Translations under genes and position numbers: made by a program | In this document: one piece after another, positions 30,110 through 39,764 of the stretch | Layout: every line of letters starts with the position of its first letter | Numbering within the stretch: position 1 is the first letter of the stretch | DNA from: Promethearchaeota archaeon | GTDB lineage: Archaea; Asgardarchaeota; Lokiarchaeia; Sigyniarchaeales; SOKP01 | Reading direction: 5' to 3' | Assembly: GCA_016839745.1 (NCBI GenBank) | Contig: JAEOTS010000025.1 | Span: 14,413-78,412 of the forward strand | Length of the DNA: 64,000 nucleotides | The notes under the pieces: generated by a model | The model's input: only the letters and a program-made list of their open reading frames with translations | Database searches by the model: none | Told to the model about the DNA's origin: nothing

Positions 30110-30190
30110 TTTATCAAATTTGGTATTTGTGATAAAGGGATTAAAATCCAAGAAATCTTTTAAAATCGATATACAAAGTTGTATATTGAT

Positions 30191-30238
30191 TAATGATAAA
30201 TAGGATGTTTATCTTTTTAAGGCTTTATTTTTTTGACA
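30191..30238 (-). promoter_or_regulatory. Conserved upstream element of TIR receptor gene 2
   Basis: TAATGATAAATAGGATGTTTATCTTTTTAAGGCTTTATTTTTTTGACA; contains a GATAAA-N7-TTTATC inverted repeat. Confidence 0.65.
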
Positions 30239-30306
30239 CTATATACTACATTTGTCAATCAAAACATGGTTTAAAAGACAGTATTATTCAATTGAGAAAG
30301 ATTACT

Positions 30307-30561
30307 TAAGATTCTAAATCAGGGGTTTTAGATAACAAATAATTGTAAACATCAGTAATTTCGTCCTTAAAGTAGGCGGCTCTAATCATATAAATTATCA
30401 TTAAGAGTTCTTTTCCTCCCCGCGCTAATTCTGATTCAATATAAAAAATGTGATTAATTGTTTGGTACTTTCTAAAAGTAAATATAAAAATTCCTTCTTC
30501 CTCAGTGAATTCTAGAATTCTACCTAAATCTGGATGTTCTTGAGTATTTAATGGGGAACTA
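30307..30561 (-). pseudogene. Internal fragment of the uDENN-GTPase gene (copy of about 32257..32513)
   Basis: Translates SSPLNTQEHPDLGRILEF...ARGGKELLM...LLSKTPDLES; no start codon, joined directly to the isf fragment. Confidence 0.9.
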
Positions 30562-30992
30562 ATTGTATTAGAGAAAAAAAAGGGTGCATTAATGAAGATG
30601 ATGAATAAAAACTTTATCGCATGTTAGAAGAAGCCAAATTTTTGCTTATAGGTACACCGGTATTTCAAGGTAGTCTTTCAGGGCAGCTAAAAACTGTATT
30701 AGATCGCTGTCGTGGATTAGTCGCTAAAAACCCTAATGTATTTAAGGGTAAATATGGAATTGCGCTTGCAGTGGGGGGAGATCGAAGCGGAGGTCAAGAA
30801 ATTGCGATTAGAGGCATCTTAGATTTTTACCAACAAAATCATATAATAACGATTTCTGGAGGCGCATTCGGAGCTAACTTGGGTGCCTCTTTATGGAGTA
30901 GGGATAGAGGTAAGGAAGGAGTTCAAAACGATGAAGTGGGATTAAGAACTATTAGGAAAGTCATAAAAAGATTAGCAGAATTTAAAGAATAG
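30562..30992 (+). pseudogene. 5'-truncated Isf copy
   Basis: Begins mid-gene (CIREKKGCINEDDE), in-frame TAA at 30606-30608, lacks the GSPRK loop and first Cys ligands. Confidence 0.88.
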
Positions 30993-31021
30993 AAAAGAAA
31001 AATAATAGTACTTATTCTAAC

Positions 31022-31318
31022 TTATTTTACTCCAAAGAGTTTCTTAGCTTCTTTTTCTCTGAGTCCGGAGATACCCCAGAGCTCTTTAAACCAATATTTT
31101 CCGTCCATTATTACAACTGGCGTATTTACAATACACCCATCTGCATCACAGAAAGTTTTGGTGAAATTTTTATCGTGTAATAACTTATGTGTGAATTCCT
31201 CGTCGTCTATATCACGTTCTATGTATTCGACATCGTGCTTATGAAGCCACTCTTTCAATTCTGCGCACCTATGACAATCAGTTTTTGATATTACTATTGG
31301 GACTTGCATTTTGCTCAT
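31022..31318 (-). CDS. Glutaredoxin/NrdH-like protein, intact copy
   Basis: CHRC active site, NTP cis-Pro region, extra CxxxGC insert. Confidence 0.85.
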   Translation of the reverse strand: MSKMQVPIVISKTDCHRCAELKEWLHKHDVEYIERDIDDEEFTHKLLHDKNFTKTFCDADGCIVNTPVVIMDGKYWFKELWGISGLREKEAKKLFGVK

Positions 31319-31452
31319 AATATTTATATCATAACTTCTCTCTGTAAAAAAAGTTTAGCTTCTAATCTATAAATAAGTACAAAAGAAATATGATAACAAA
31401 TCAAATTTACATGAAAATATATTATAAATCATACAAAATTTTCAATCTTAAA

Positions 31453-31474
31453 ATACTTCTTACTTAAGAAGTAT
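31453..31474. promoter_or_regulatory. Perfect 10-2-10 inverted repeat (operator or terminator)
   Basis: ATACTTCTTA-CT-TAAGAAGTAT, intergenic. Confidence 0.45.
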
Positions 31475-31537
31475 GATCTTTATTCCAGAAAGTGGAAGTC
31501 TCCGTATAAATAAGACAAGATTAAATTAAAATGATAA

Positions 31538-32581
31538 TTATATCATTTTTTTTAACAACCAACGAATTGCATTGATAATTTTATCATTTTCATTAAGAAC
31601 ATTAATAGAGAAATATTCTATAGATAGTCCACACTCTTCTAACTCCACCATGTTGAATTTCTCATAAATCATATTCGAGGTTATTTCCTCTTTATCGTCA
31701 AATTTATTGCCAATAATAAGTATTGGCATAGTATCTCCCTTATCCTGGCATCTATTTAATACCAACTGGAACATTTCAATGGTTTCTTTAATAGAGTCCT
31801 TAGTAGAGGCATTAAAGATTAAGATAAAGCCCTGAGCATTATCTATACAATCTTCATACAAACTAGTTCGTTCATCATCCGTATCCTCATCAATACATTC
31901 GTACGTCAAAACTTCGATGTTATCAATTATGAAGTCGTAAATTTTGCTAGATAAATCTCGCTTCATATTGTTATTTTTATATTGTAGGAATTGTATAACC
32001 TCCAAATTTTTAACGAGCTCTGTTTTTCCTGCGTTTCTAGGGCCAAAAATATAAATCTTCTTTAAATTTCCTTTATCTAATAAATGAGTCGTTAAATCTA
32101 GCTGTGGGCTCATTTTTTCTAGATATTTGTTGAAGAGCCTAAAGAATTCTTTTTTAAATTTTTTCGATGCTACGCTAAGAGTTTCTTTTTGATTTACACG
32201 ATTTTTATGGTTGTGTAGTACTTCTTTGAGTTCTCGAAGATTTTTGAGTTCTGAAGCGTAAGATTCGAGATCAGGGGTTTTAGATAACAAATAATTGTAA
32301 ACATCAGTAATTTCGTCTTTGAAGTAAGCGGCTCTAATCATAAAAGTTATCATTAAGAGTTCTTTTCCCCCTCGCGCAAATTCTGAGTCAATATAAAAAA
32401 TGTGATTAATGGTTTGATACTTCCTATAAGTAAAAATAAAATTTCCTTCTAGATCAGTGAAATCCAGAATTCTACCTAAATCGGGGTGCTCTTGGGTATT
32501 CAATGGGGAACTACAATACAAGTTAGTGGGTCCGAGAGTAGTGTCAAAATATGACACACAAAGGATAACCTCTTTTGGCAT
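31538..32581 (-). CDS. uDENN/longin-like domain fused to a Ras-superfamily small GTPase
   Basis: N-terminal YFDTTLGP...ARGGKE; GPRNAGKT P-loop, GFILIF, IGNKFD (G4). Confidence 0.75.
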   Translation of the reverse strand: MPKEVILCVSYFDTTLGPTNLYCSSPLNTQEHPDLGRILDFTDLEGNFIFTYRKYQTINHIFYIDSEFARGGKELLMITFMIRAAYFKDEITDVYNYLLSKTPDLESYASELKNLRELKEVLHNHKNRVNQKETLSVASKKFKKEFFRLFNKYLEKMSPQLDLTTHLLDKGNLKKIYIFGPRNAGKTELVKNLEVIQFLQYKNNNMKRDLSSKIYDFIIDNIEVLTYECIDEDTDDERTSLYEDCIDNAQGFILIFNASTKDSIKETIEMFQLVLNRCQDKGDTMPILIIGNKFDDKEEITSNMIYEKFNMVELEECGLSIEYFSINVLNENDKIINAIRWLLKKMI

Positions 32582-32748
32582 AGGAATATTAAACGAAATT
32601 TAGTTATATCTAAATTATATTTAAGACATGATTAGTTTTATATCAAATGTTTTTTACTTAAAATTGTATTGATATTAACCAATTATATGCTTGAATTTAA
32701 TAATTTATAAAAATCAAATTTTAATGTTTGTTCCCTATTTCATACTTA

Positions 32749-33198
32749 ATGGATTCTAATTTTAATTCTCGAGATGGCGAGTATAACCTCGCTTTTAAAA
32801 ATTTGTTTCATGGCAAGATAATGGAACGTGCATCTGCTGCAAGGCAGATAGGACATTTAAAAGATGGAAGGGCTACGAATTTATTAGTAAGGGCCTTAAA
32901 TTCAGAAGAAGACCCAATAGTGATAAATAGGATTATTGAGGCTATGGGTGAAATTAAAGATGCTAAAGCTACCATGGTTATCGTAGAATTGTTAAAAAGA
33001 GAACTAGAAAAACATGAAACAGACCAAGATAAAAGTCTTCTGTTTTTAATTGTTGAGAGCTTAATGAAAATTGGAGATAAGAGGGCTTTGGAGCATTTAG
33101 GAATTCTTTCAAGATCTTGCGAAAGCGATTTGAAGACCTTCACAGAAGAAGCGATCGAATGTATAGATCCTGAATGGAAGAAAAATCTCGTAGAATAG
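32749..33198 (+). CDS. HEAT/PBS-lyase repeat protein
   Basis: AARQIGHLKD, IEAMGEIKD, ESLMKIGD repeats; ATG 32749 preferred over TTG 32728. Confidence 0.85.
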   Translation: MDSNFNSRDGEYNLAFKNLFHGKIMERASAARQIGHLKDGRATNLLVRALNSEEDPIVINRIIEAMGEIKDAKATMVIVELLKRELEKHETDQDKSLLFLIVESLMKIGDKRALEHLGILSRSCESDLKTFTEEAIECIDPEWKKNLVE

Positions 33199-33253
33199 TT
33201 AAAACCAATAATAATCCTAAATTTATAATTTTAAAAATTAAAAGGTAAAAGAA

Positions 33254-33571
33254 ATGTTCCCAGAAATAATTGAAAGGCTAGCGCAAGAAGTGAAAGGGGA
33301 AAACGACACGCATAATGTTATCATCTTTACTCTCTCCACTTGCATGTGGTGTAAGAAATGCAAAGTTTTTCTAGCTGAGAGGGGTATTAAGTATCGATAT
33401 ATAGATGTTGATAGAATTGATATCAGTGAAAAATCAAAGATATTAGAATTCTTAAGAGAAACTTATAAACCAGAAAGAATTTCTTATCCTTTTGTAGTAT
33501 GGGATAACGAGTTTGTTGTAGGATACAATCCAAATAAATATGAAGAATTACTAAAGCTTGGAGGAAATTAA
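33254..33571 (+). CDS. Glutaredoxin (NrdH-like)
   Basis: TLSTCMWCKK, SYP, VVGY. Confidence 0.9.
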   Translation: MFPEIIERLAQEVKGENDTHNVIIFTLSTCMWCKKCKVFLAERGIKYRYIDVDRIDISEKSKILEFLRETYKPERISYPFVVWDNEFVVGYNPNKYEELLKLGGN

Positions 33572-33572
33572 A

Positions 33573-33941
33573 ATGGACATGGAAACCAAAGAGGGTATGG
33601 AAGAATATGTGAATAAGGTAAGTCAGAAAAATAATTGGATTTTAAATAGAAACTCTGGTACTTTTAATGACTTAATTACTGGTTTAGCAGATAACAAGAA
33701 ATATTATGGTTATCAATCTTGTCCGTGTCGACTGGCTTCAGGAAATAGAGAATTAGATAGAGACCTAATTTGCCCTTGTAGTTATGCCTCCGAAGATGTG
33801 AAGGAATTTGGAGCGTGCTATTGTAATTTATACTTACGATTAGATTTTTACGAAACAATTAAAGCAGATTTTGTTAGCGTTCCAGAAAGACGGCCTTTTG
33901 AAAAGGAAAAGGCAGTTTTAGATCATTTTAAATCAATATGA
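33573..33941 (+). CDS. Ferredoxin:thioredoxin reductase catalytic subunit
   Basis: CPCR, CPC, CYC signature; GGAGG RBS before ATG 33573. Confidence 0.92.
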   Translation: MDMETKEGMEEYVNKVSQKNNWILNRNSGTFNDLITGLADNKKYYGYQSCPCRLASGNRELDRDLICPCSYASEDVKEFGACYCNLYLRLDFYETIKADFVSVPERRPFEKEKAVLDHFKSI

Positions 33942-34054
33942 TTAACTTAGACTTAATCTTTTTTTTTTATCAGCATTAAAACTTAATTTTCTTATTTTTT
34001 TATCAATTTTTTATAAATATAATCCTTAAATATTTCGGATTCTCATTATATTAT

Positions 34055-34210
34055 ATGCCAAATAAAGAACTCACAGATGAAGAATTAGATGACGAACTAG
34101 ATAAAGCCTTTAAAGCGAATGAGGCAAAGAAAGATAATTGTGGTACTCCCATGCCTGAAAGTAAAGAAGTAGGAATACAAAGGACGGGAGTAAAGTTAAA
34201 AAAAGAATAA
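34055..34210 (+). CDS. Small acidic/basic hypothetical protein (51 aa)
   Basis: MPNKELTDEELDDELDKAF...; purine-rich coding-like composition; not in the ORF track. Confidence 0.55.
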   Translation: MPNKELTDEELDDELDKAFKANEAKKDNCGTPMPESKEVGIQRTGVKLKKE

Positions 34211-34361
34211 AATAAGATTAAATGTTTCTAATTTCTTTTTCTATTATTTTTAATTAATTAAAAAGTTACTCGATTAAAGTTAGTTTAGTAAAGGCTCCAA
34301 TTTCGTTAAATTCAGAAGGTTTTTAATAAAGATTTTCAATTTCAAAATTTAGGTGAATACA

Positions 34362-35345
34362 ATGAAAGAGAGAATTAAGGGTAGAAAAAATTATCCTACC
34401 GAGGAAGTTGACCCTGATAATTATCTGAGTGATGATGAAGTTAGAGAATTAATCAAAAATAGAGAAAAAGTAAAGTTTGTGCAAAATGACTATTACAAAC
34501 TTTACAATTGCGTTCATTGTGGTGAATGTGAAACAGAAGAAGAGCGTTTACTCCTTAAACAAAAATATCTCGAGGAAGGTAATACAGTTGATGGACTTGA
34601 TGAGATGATAGAGTGTTTCAATAAATATCGAACCCCTTATCCATCTAATAAGATGCGGATTAGAAGACCTGAAGGAATTCCTACTGAATCTGATACGCTT
34701 TTTTATATGGGTTGTCTTTCGACAATTCGGATTCCAAGATATACAGAGCATGCGCTTGAATATTTACTTAAACACAAAGTGGATTTTACAATCTTAGAGA
34801 AGGAAATATGTTGTGGTTGGCCTTGGTTTGCTTCAGGTTGTAATGAAGAATTTGAAATTGCCAAAAAAGAAAACATCGAAATCTTCAAAGAATTCAAAAA
34901 AGTAATCTGCCTATGCCCTGCGTGTTATTTTCTTTTCAACAAATATTATAAACCTTCAATGGATTCGAAAACTGAATTTAAATATGTATCCGATTATTTG
35001 AAACCATCTAATATTAAAAAATCGGGAAAGGTAGGAATACAACATCTCTGTCAATTAATGAATCGCGATAAAACTGGAGTTGATAAACTGGTAAATAGTA
35101 TTTTAGAAAAAAGCGGGTATGATATAGTAGATATACCCCATTGGTGTTGCGGTGGTGGTCTTGGTTATATGCATCGAAAAGATGTGATCAACCAAGTTGC
35201 AAATAAAAGGATGAGCGATTTCGATGCTGCTGGTGGCGATTATTCAACGACATACTGTCCGAGTTGTTGGTGGATTTTAGCAAGGTATAGTAAATTATGC
35301 AAAATAAGTCCAAAAGCTAAGGATCTATTTGAATTACTATTATAA
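34362..35345 (+). CDS. HdrD/HdrB-like double CCG-domain Fe-S protein, paralogue 1
   Basis: CVHCGEC; YMGC..EICCG..CPAC; WCCGGG..CPSC; ATG follows GGTGA. Confidence 0.85.
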   Translation: MKERIKGRKNYPTEEVDPDNYLSDDEVRELIKNREKVKFVQNDYYKLYNCVHCGECETEEERLLLKQKYLEEGNTVDGLDEMIECFNKYRTPYPSNKMRIRRPEGIPTESDTLFYMGCLSTIRIPRYTEHALEYLLKHKVDFTILEKEICCGWPWFASGCNEEFEIAKKENIEIFKEFKKVICLCPACYFLFNKYYKPSMDSKTEFKYVSDYLKPSNIKKSGKVGIQHLCQLMNRDKTGVDKLVNSILEKSGYDIVDIPHWCCGGGLGYMHRKDVINQVANKRMSDFDAAGGDYSTTYCPSCWWILARYSKLCKISPKAKDLFELLL

Positions 35346-36353
35346 ATGTGTAAAATGAACGAAGATTATAACTGCCCTTGTAGGGATGTCGATCCAGATC
35401 ATTTCGTTACAAATGAAGAAGTAATTAAATTATTAGAAACTAAGGATAATTACAAGTTCAATCAAGAAGATTATCTAAGATTATATAATTGCGTACATTG
35501 CGGCGCTTGCGGCACGCATTACGAACGTTTTCTATTAAAACAAAAATTTCTAAAAGATGGGAATAAGATTGAAGGCTTAAAAGAACAGATTGAAGTTCTT
35601 AAAAACTACGGAACCCCGTTTAAATTAAATAAGAGTCGCATTAAACCATTAGATGGTATAAATGTAAAAAGTAAGACATTGTTATATTTTGGTTGTTTTA
35701 CTACCGTGAAAACTCCGAAATATGGTGAAAACATCGCAAAGTATTTGCTTAGCAAAAATATAGATTTTAATGTTTTAGAAAAAGAGATATGCTGCGGTTA
35801 TCCAATTTTATGCACTGGAGAGGTTAGTATTTACGATCTACTAATTGAGAGAAATAAAAAGCTTTTTATTGAAATGGGATTTGAAAAAATCATAACAGTA
35901 TGCCCGAGTTGCTACATGGTATTTAAAAAGCACTATCAAGAGTTAGGTATTAAGATAGAATATTTTACTGAATACCTAAAACCACGAATAAGAAAAAATA
36001 AAGGTGATCTAATTATTCAACACGCTTGCCCTTTAAAATATATAGAATTTCCGGGTATAGAAAAAGAGTTAATACAAATATATGAAGATAGTGGCTATAA
36101 TGTTTTGCCTATCCCTCATAATTGCTGTGGAGGAGGTGTCGGGCATCAATTAAGAGTTGATATTTCTGAACTGATTTCAACTAAGAGAATGAAAGAATTT
36201 AAAGATACCGAAGATGTTAATTCAGAAAATGCGAATTACTCTAGTTATATTACCACCTATTGTCCTGATGCTTATTGGATATTAAAATTTTTTGGAAAAA
36301 AGCAAAGATCTAAACACAAACTTGTTGGTATGTGTGAATTATTAAGAGAATAG
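35346..36353 (+). CDS. HdrD/HdrB-like double CCG-domain Fe-S protein, paralogue 2
   Basis: CVHCGAC; YFGC..EICCG..CPSC; NCCGGG..CPDA. Confidence 0.85.
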   Translation: MCKMNEDYNCPCRDVDPDHFVTNEEVIKLLETKDNYKFNQEDYLRLYNCVHCGACGTHYERFLLKQKFLKDGNKIEGLKEQIEVLKNYGTPFKLNKSRIKPLDGINVKSKTLLYFGCFTTVKTPKYGENIAKYLLSKNIDFNVLEKEICCGYPILCTGEVSIYDLLIERNKKLFIEMGFEKIITVCPSCYMVFKKHYQELGIKIEYFTEYLKPRIRKNKGDLIIQHACPLKYIEFPGIEKELIQIYEDSGYNVLPIPHNCCGGGVGHQLRVDISELISTKRMKEFKDTEDVNSENANYSSYITTYCPDAYWILKFFGKKQRSKHKLVGMCELLRE

Positions 36354-36497
36354 GATTCTTTATTTTTCTAAATCTAATATCTAAAAAATTTTATTCTAAA
36401 ATGGATATTTTATGAAGTTTTTTATAATTTAAACGAATAAAAATTTTAAGAGTAAATTCAAATATTCACAATAGAAAGAAATTTAAATGGTGATCAG

Positions 36498-37190
36498 ATG
36501 TTATTTTCCCCAAATGAACTTGATAATGTAAAAAGAGAAATGGCTAAATTAAAAGGTAGTGTAAGGTTGAAATTATTTACCGATTTTAAAACTATGGAAG
36601 ACGGATCGAAAAAAAGGGCGTGTATGGCGTGTGAGGGCGCTTATAATTTATTAAATACGCTTGAAGAATTATCAAACGAAAAGTTTAGTGCCGAAGAAAT
36701 ATCGATCGAAGAAAGTCCTGAAGAAGCGATAAAATACAGTGTCACGCGAATTCCCGCTATTTTATTCGTTAATGATGAAGGGAAGGAAATCATCCGATAT
36801 TCAGCGCACCCCACAGGATCTGAATTTGTACCTTTTCTAAACAGTATACAGTATTTCTCTGGTGTTAGACCCTATTATGCCGATCAAATTTTAACTCATC
36901 TAAAGAAGATCGATAAATCTGAGATGAAGATATTCATAACTCCAACTTGCCCATATTGCCCAGCGACCGTTCCAGTTTTAACATTGTTCGCAATTGTATC
37001 TAAAGGTAAAATAACAGCAGAAGTCATTGATGTTAGCTTAAATCCTGACATCGCAAGAAAGTATGAGGTTCAGGGAGTTCCACTAACTGTCGTAAACGAG
37101 AGTGAAAGAATTGTTGGGATGTTTACACCACAAGATTTGTTAGATAAATTAACAAAAGGCCAAAGAGATTTTGGAGGAATGTATGCTTAA
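36498..37190 (+). CDS. Protein disulfide oxidoreductase (PDO/AhpF-NTD-like) 1
   Basis: CMAC and CPYC in two thioredoxin folds. Confidence 0.9.
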   Translation: MLFSPNELDNVKREMAKLKGSVRLKLFTDFKTMEDGSKKRACMACEGAYNLLNTLEELSNEKFSAEEISIEESPEEAIKYSVTRIPAILFVNDEGKEIIRYSAHPTGSEFVPFLNSIQYFSGVRPYYADQILTHLKKIDKSEMKIFITPTCPYCPATVPVLTLFAIVSKGKITAEVIDVSLNPDIARKYEVQGVPLTVVNESERIVGMFTPQDLLDKLTKGQRDFGGMYA

Positions 37191-37216
37191 TCGAAATATT
37201 AAGAGGTATTTTAAAT

Positions 37217-37900
37217 ATGTCAGAGGACGATAAATATAAGGTAATTATTAAAAGAGAGATGGCAAAACTTACTAAACCTGTAAGGTTAAAGGTTTTTACA
37301 TCTCAAAGAACAGAAGCCGATGGCGGTAAAATACGAGCTTGCATGAATTGTGGACAATTTATGTCACTTCTAAGAATTTATGAAGAAAATTCGAATGGAA
37401 TGTTAACGATAGAAGAATTATCTATTGATGATAATCCCGAATTCGCTAAACGCTACGACATTCAGAGGGTACCAACAATTTTATTTGTTAATGATGACGG
37501 TAGAGAATTGATTCGTTATTTAGCAGCACCAAAGGGTAGTGAAATCCAACCTTTTGTTCAAGCACTTTTTACCTTTGCGGGAGCGCCGAATTATTACGAA
37601 GCCACAATAAAGCAAAACCTTGATCGTATTGAACCATCAACAATCAAAGTAATGATCACAGAAACCTGCCCATATTGTCCTAGTGTTGTATCTACAGTCT
37701 CTCAATTTGCACTAGCATCTGGAGGGAAGATTAGAACAATAATCGTTGATATTATGGCGAATCCAGATATTGGACAATATTACGACGCCTCGGGAGTACC
37801 TTATACTATTATAAACGACAAAAAAACTATCGCCGGCATGGTCGGACCTGAGGTTTTACTCCGAGCGCTTATCGGAGGAAATATTAAGGTTCAATACTAA
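37217..37900 (+). CDS. Protein disulfide oxidoreductase 2
   Basis: CMNC and CPYC. Confidence 0.9.
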   Translation: MSEDDKYKVIIKREMAKLTKPVRLKVFTSQRTEADGGKIRACMNCGQFMSLLRIYEENSNGMLTIEELSIDDNPEFAKRYDIQRVPTILFVNDDGRELIRYLAAPKGSEIQPFVQALFTFAGAPNYYEATIKQNLDRIEPSTIKVMITETCPYCPSVVSTVSQFALASGGKIRTIIVDIMANPDIGQYYDASGVPYTIINDKKTIAGMVGPEVLLRALIGGNIKVQY

Positions 37901-38014
37901 TTTAAAATACAAAATGGAAATCAATACTAAACTTTTAAGTATAAAATTTTTAAGGATGATTTTTTATTTCTTTTACCTTATACCGAGTTAGAGAATATTA
38001 AGGATGTGAGATAA

Positions 38015-38659
38015 GTGCCGATATCATACATATATGAGAGAATGATTCGCGAAGAGATTAAAAAACTAAATAAGCCAGTAACATTGAAGATCTTTACCTC
38101 ATCGAAGAACCTCAAAGAATCCGTAAAGATGTTGGAGGTTTTGGATATTTATCAGAAAGCCTCTAATGGGTTGCTTAAAATAGAAGAATATAGGCTTGAA
38201 GATAATTCTACTCTTATAAAAAAGTATGAAATTCAACAAGTACCTATGATTTTAATGACAAGTGCTAAGGATCAAGTAATAATTCGTTATTTAGCTGTAC
38301 CCATGGCTGCAAAGATTCAACCTTTTATACAGGCATTAATGATCCTTACTGGAACTCCTAATTATTATGAAAATGTTATAAGAGAGAATCTGAATAACAT
38401 TAATCCTACAGATATAAAGGTATTAATTACTGATTATTGTGCTTATTGCTCAACAATTGTATCAATTTGCAGTCAGTTCGCGTTAGCATCTGAAGGCAAA
38501 CTACGAACAAGTGTTATTGACATAATGACCTTTCCTGATATCGGTGAAAAATATGATGTAGCCACTGTTCCAACTATAATTATTGATGAAGATAAAAAAT
38601 TAATAGGCGATATAACTGCTGAGGAACTTTTAAATGAACTCATAAATAAGACTTTATGA
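38015..38659 (+). CDS. Protein disulfide oxidoreductase 3 (N-terminal CxxC lost)
   Basis: Only CAYC; otherwise aligns with 37217..37900. Confidence 0.85.
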   Translation: MPISYIYERMIREEIKKLNKPVTLKIFTSSKNLKESVKMLEVLDIYQKASNGLLKIEEYRLEDNSTLIKKYEIQQVPMILMTSAKDQVIIRYLAVPMAAKIQPFIQALMILTGTPNYYENVIRENLNNINPTDIKVLITDYCAYCSTIVSICSQFALASEGKLRTSVIDIMTFPDIGEKYDVATVPTIIIDEDKKLIGDITAEELLNELINKTL

Positions 38660-38706
38660 AGAAAAAAAAATAATAATTGCATATTACATAAAAAGAGGAT
38701 TTAATA

Positions 38707-39651
38707 ATGTTTAATATTGATATGGAAGGCATTGATCCAGAAAAGACTTACGATCTAATTGTTTTAGGGGGCGGACCAACTGCGATAGGTTGCGCAATCT
38801 ATGCCGCTCGATTTGCATTGGATGTACTAGTTATAGGGAAAATTTTTGGAGGTTTGATTGCGACAACTCATCTTGTAGAAAATTATCCCGGAATTACCTC
38901 TACAAGCGGTCAAGGTTTAATGGAAATGTTTAAAGAACACATGAATTCCTTGCGTATTCCTTACATAACAGACGAAATTCGAAGTATAGAAAAAACTAGC
39001 GATCACTTCATTCTTCACTCATTTTTTCAGAAGTTTAAAACAAAAAGTGTTGTTATCGCCACCGGATCTGAGAGGAAAAAATTAGTTATCCCCGGTGAAG
39101 ATCAATTTGCTGGAAGAGGTGTTTCTTATTGTGCCACGTGCGACGGTCCATTTTACAAAGATAAAACCGTATGCGTAATTGGCGGAAGTGATTCTGCTGC
39201 AAAGGAAGCGTTATTTTTGTCTCAAAATGTAAAAAAAGTGTATATCATATATCGAGGAGAGGAAATACGAGCTGAGCCCATAAATAAGAGAAGAGTAAAG
39301 GAAATACCAAATATTGAAATCATATATAAAACCAAAATTGTCGAAATTAAAGGAGATAGCACTGTTAAATCGGTTATTTTCGATAATGGTAAAGAATTTG
39401 AAGTAGATGGAGTCTTTATCGAAGTAGGAGCTAATCCTAACTCAGATCTAGCAAAACGCATAGGTGTAAAAACAAATGAAAAGGAAGAAATTATGATTAG
39501 TAGAAAGTCGGAAACAAACATACCGGGTGTATTCGCTGCTGGCGACGTTGCAGACGCACCATTTAAACAAGCTATAACTGGAGTTGCAGAAGGAGTAGTT
39601 GCAGCATATTCTGCCTTTGATTACATTAAAGAGATGAATATTGAATATTAG
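38707..39651 (+). CDS. trxB: Thioredoxin-disulfide reductase
   Basis: GGGPT, ENYPG, GRGVSYCATCDG, FAAGDV. Confidence 0.93.
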   Translation: MFNIDMEGIDPEKTYDLIVLGGGPTAIGCAIYAARFALDVLVIGKIFGGLIATTHLVENYPGITSTSGQGLMEMFKEHMNSLRIPYITDEIRSIEKTSDHFILHSFFQKFKTKSVVIATGSERKKLVIPGEDQFAGRGVSYCATCDGPFYKDKTVCVIGGSDSAAKEALFLSQNVKKVYIIYRGEEIRAEPINKRRVKEIPNIEIIYKTKIVEIKGDSTVKSVIFDNGKEFEVDGVFIEVGANPNSDLAKRIGVKTNEKEEIMISRKSETNIPGVFAAGDVADAPFKQAITGVAEGVVAAYSAFDYIKEMNIEY

Positions 39652-39764
39652 ATCGATCAACCTTCACTAAATTGTTATTTTTTCAATCAATCGAAAAAAG
39701 GCTAATAATTATAAAACAAAGAAATTTAATTTTTATTAAAAAACCAAATAATTAGTCAATAATT

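Noticed and set aside
30110-30151. TTG start giving a 639-aa protein
   Set aside because: The homologous region upstream of the giant paralogue has an in-frame TAA; both genes share the MKSKVN start
30621-30992. 123-aa ORF as a functional flavoprotein
   Set aside because: Lacks the FMN loop and Cys motif and is preceded by an in-frame stop; treated as a pseudogene
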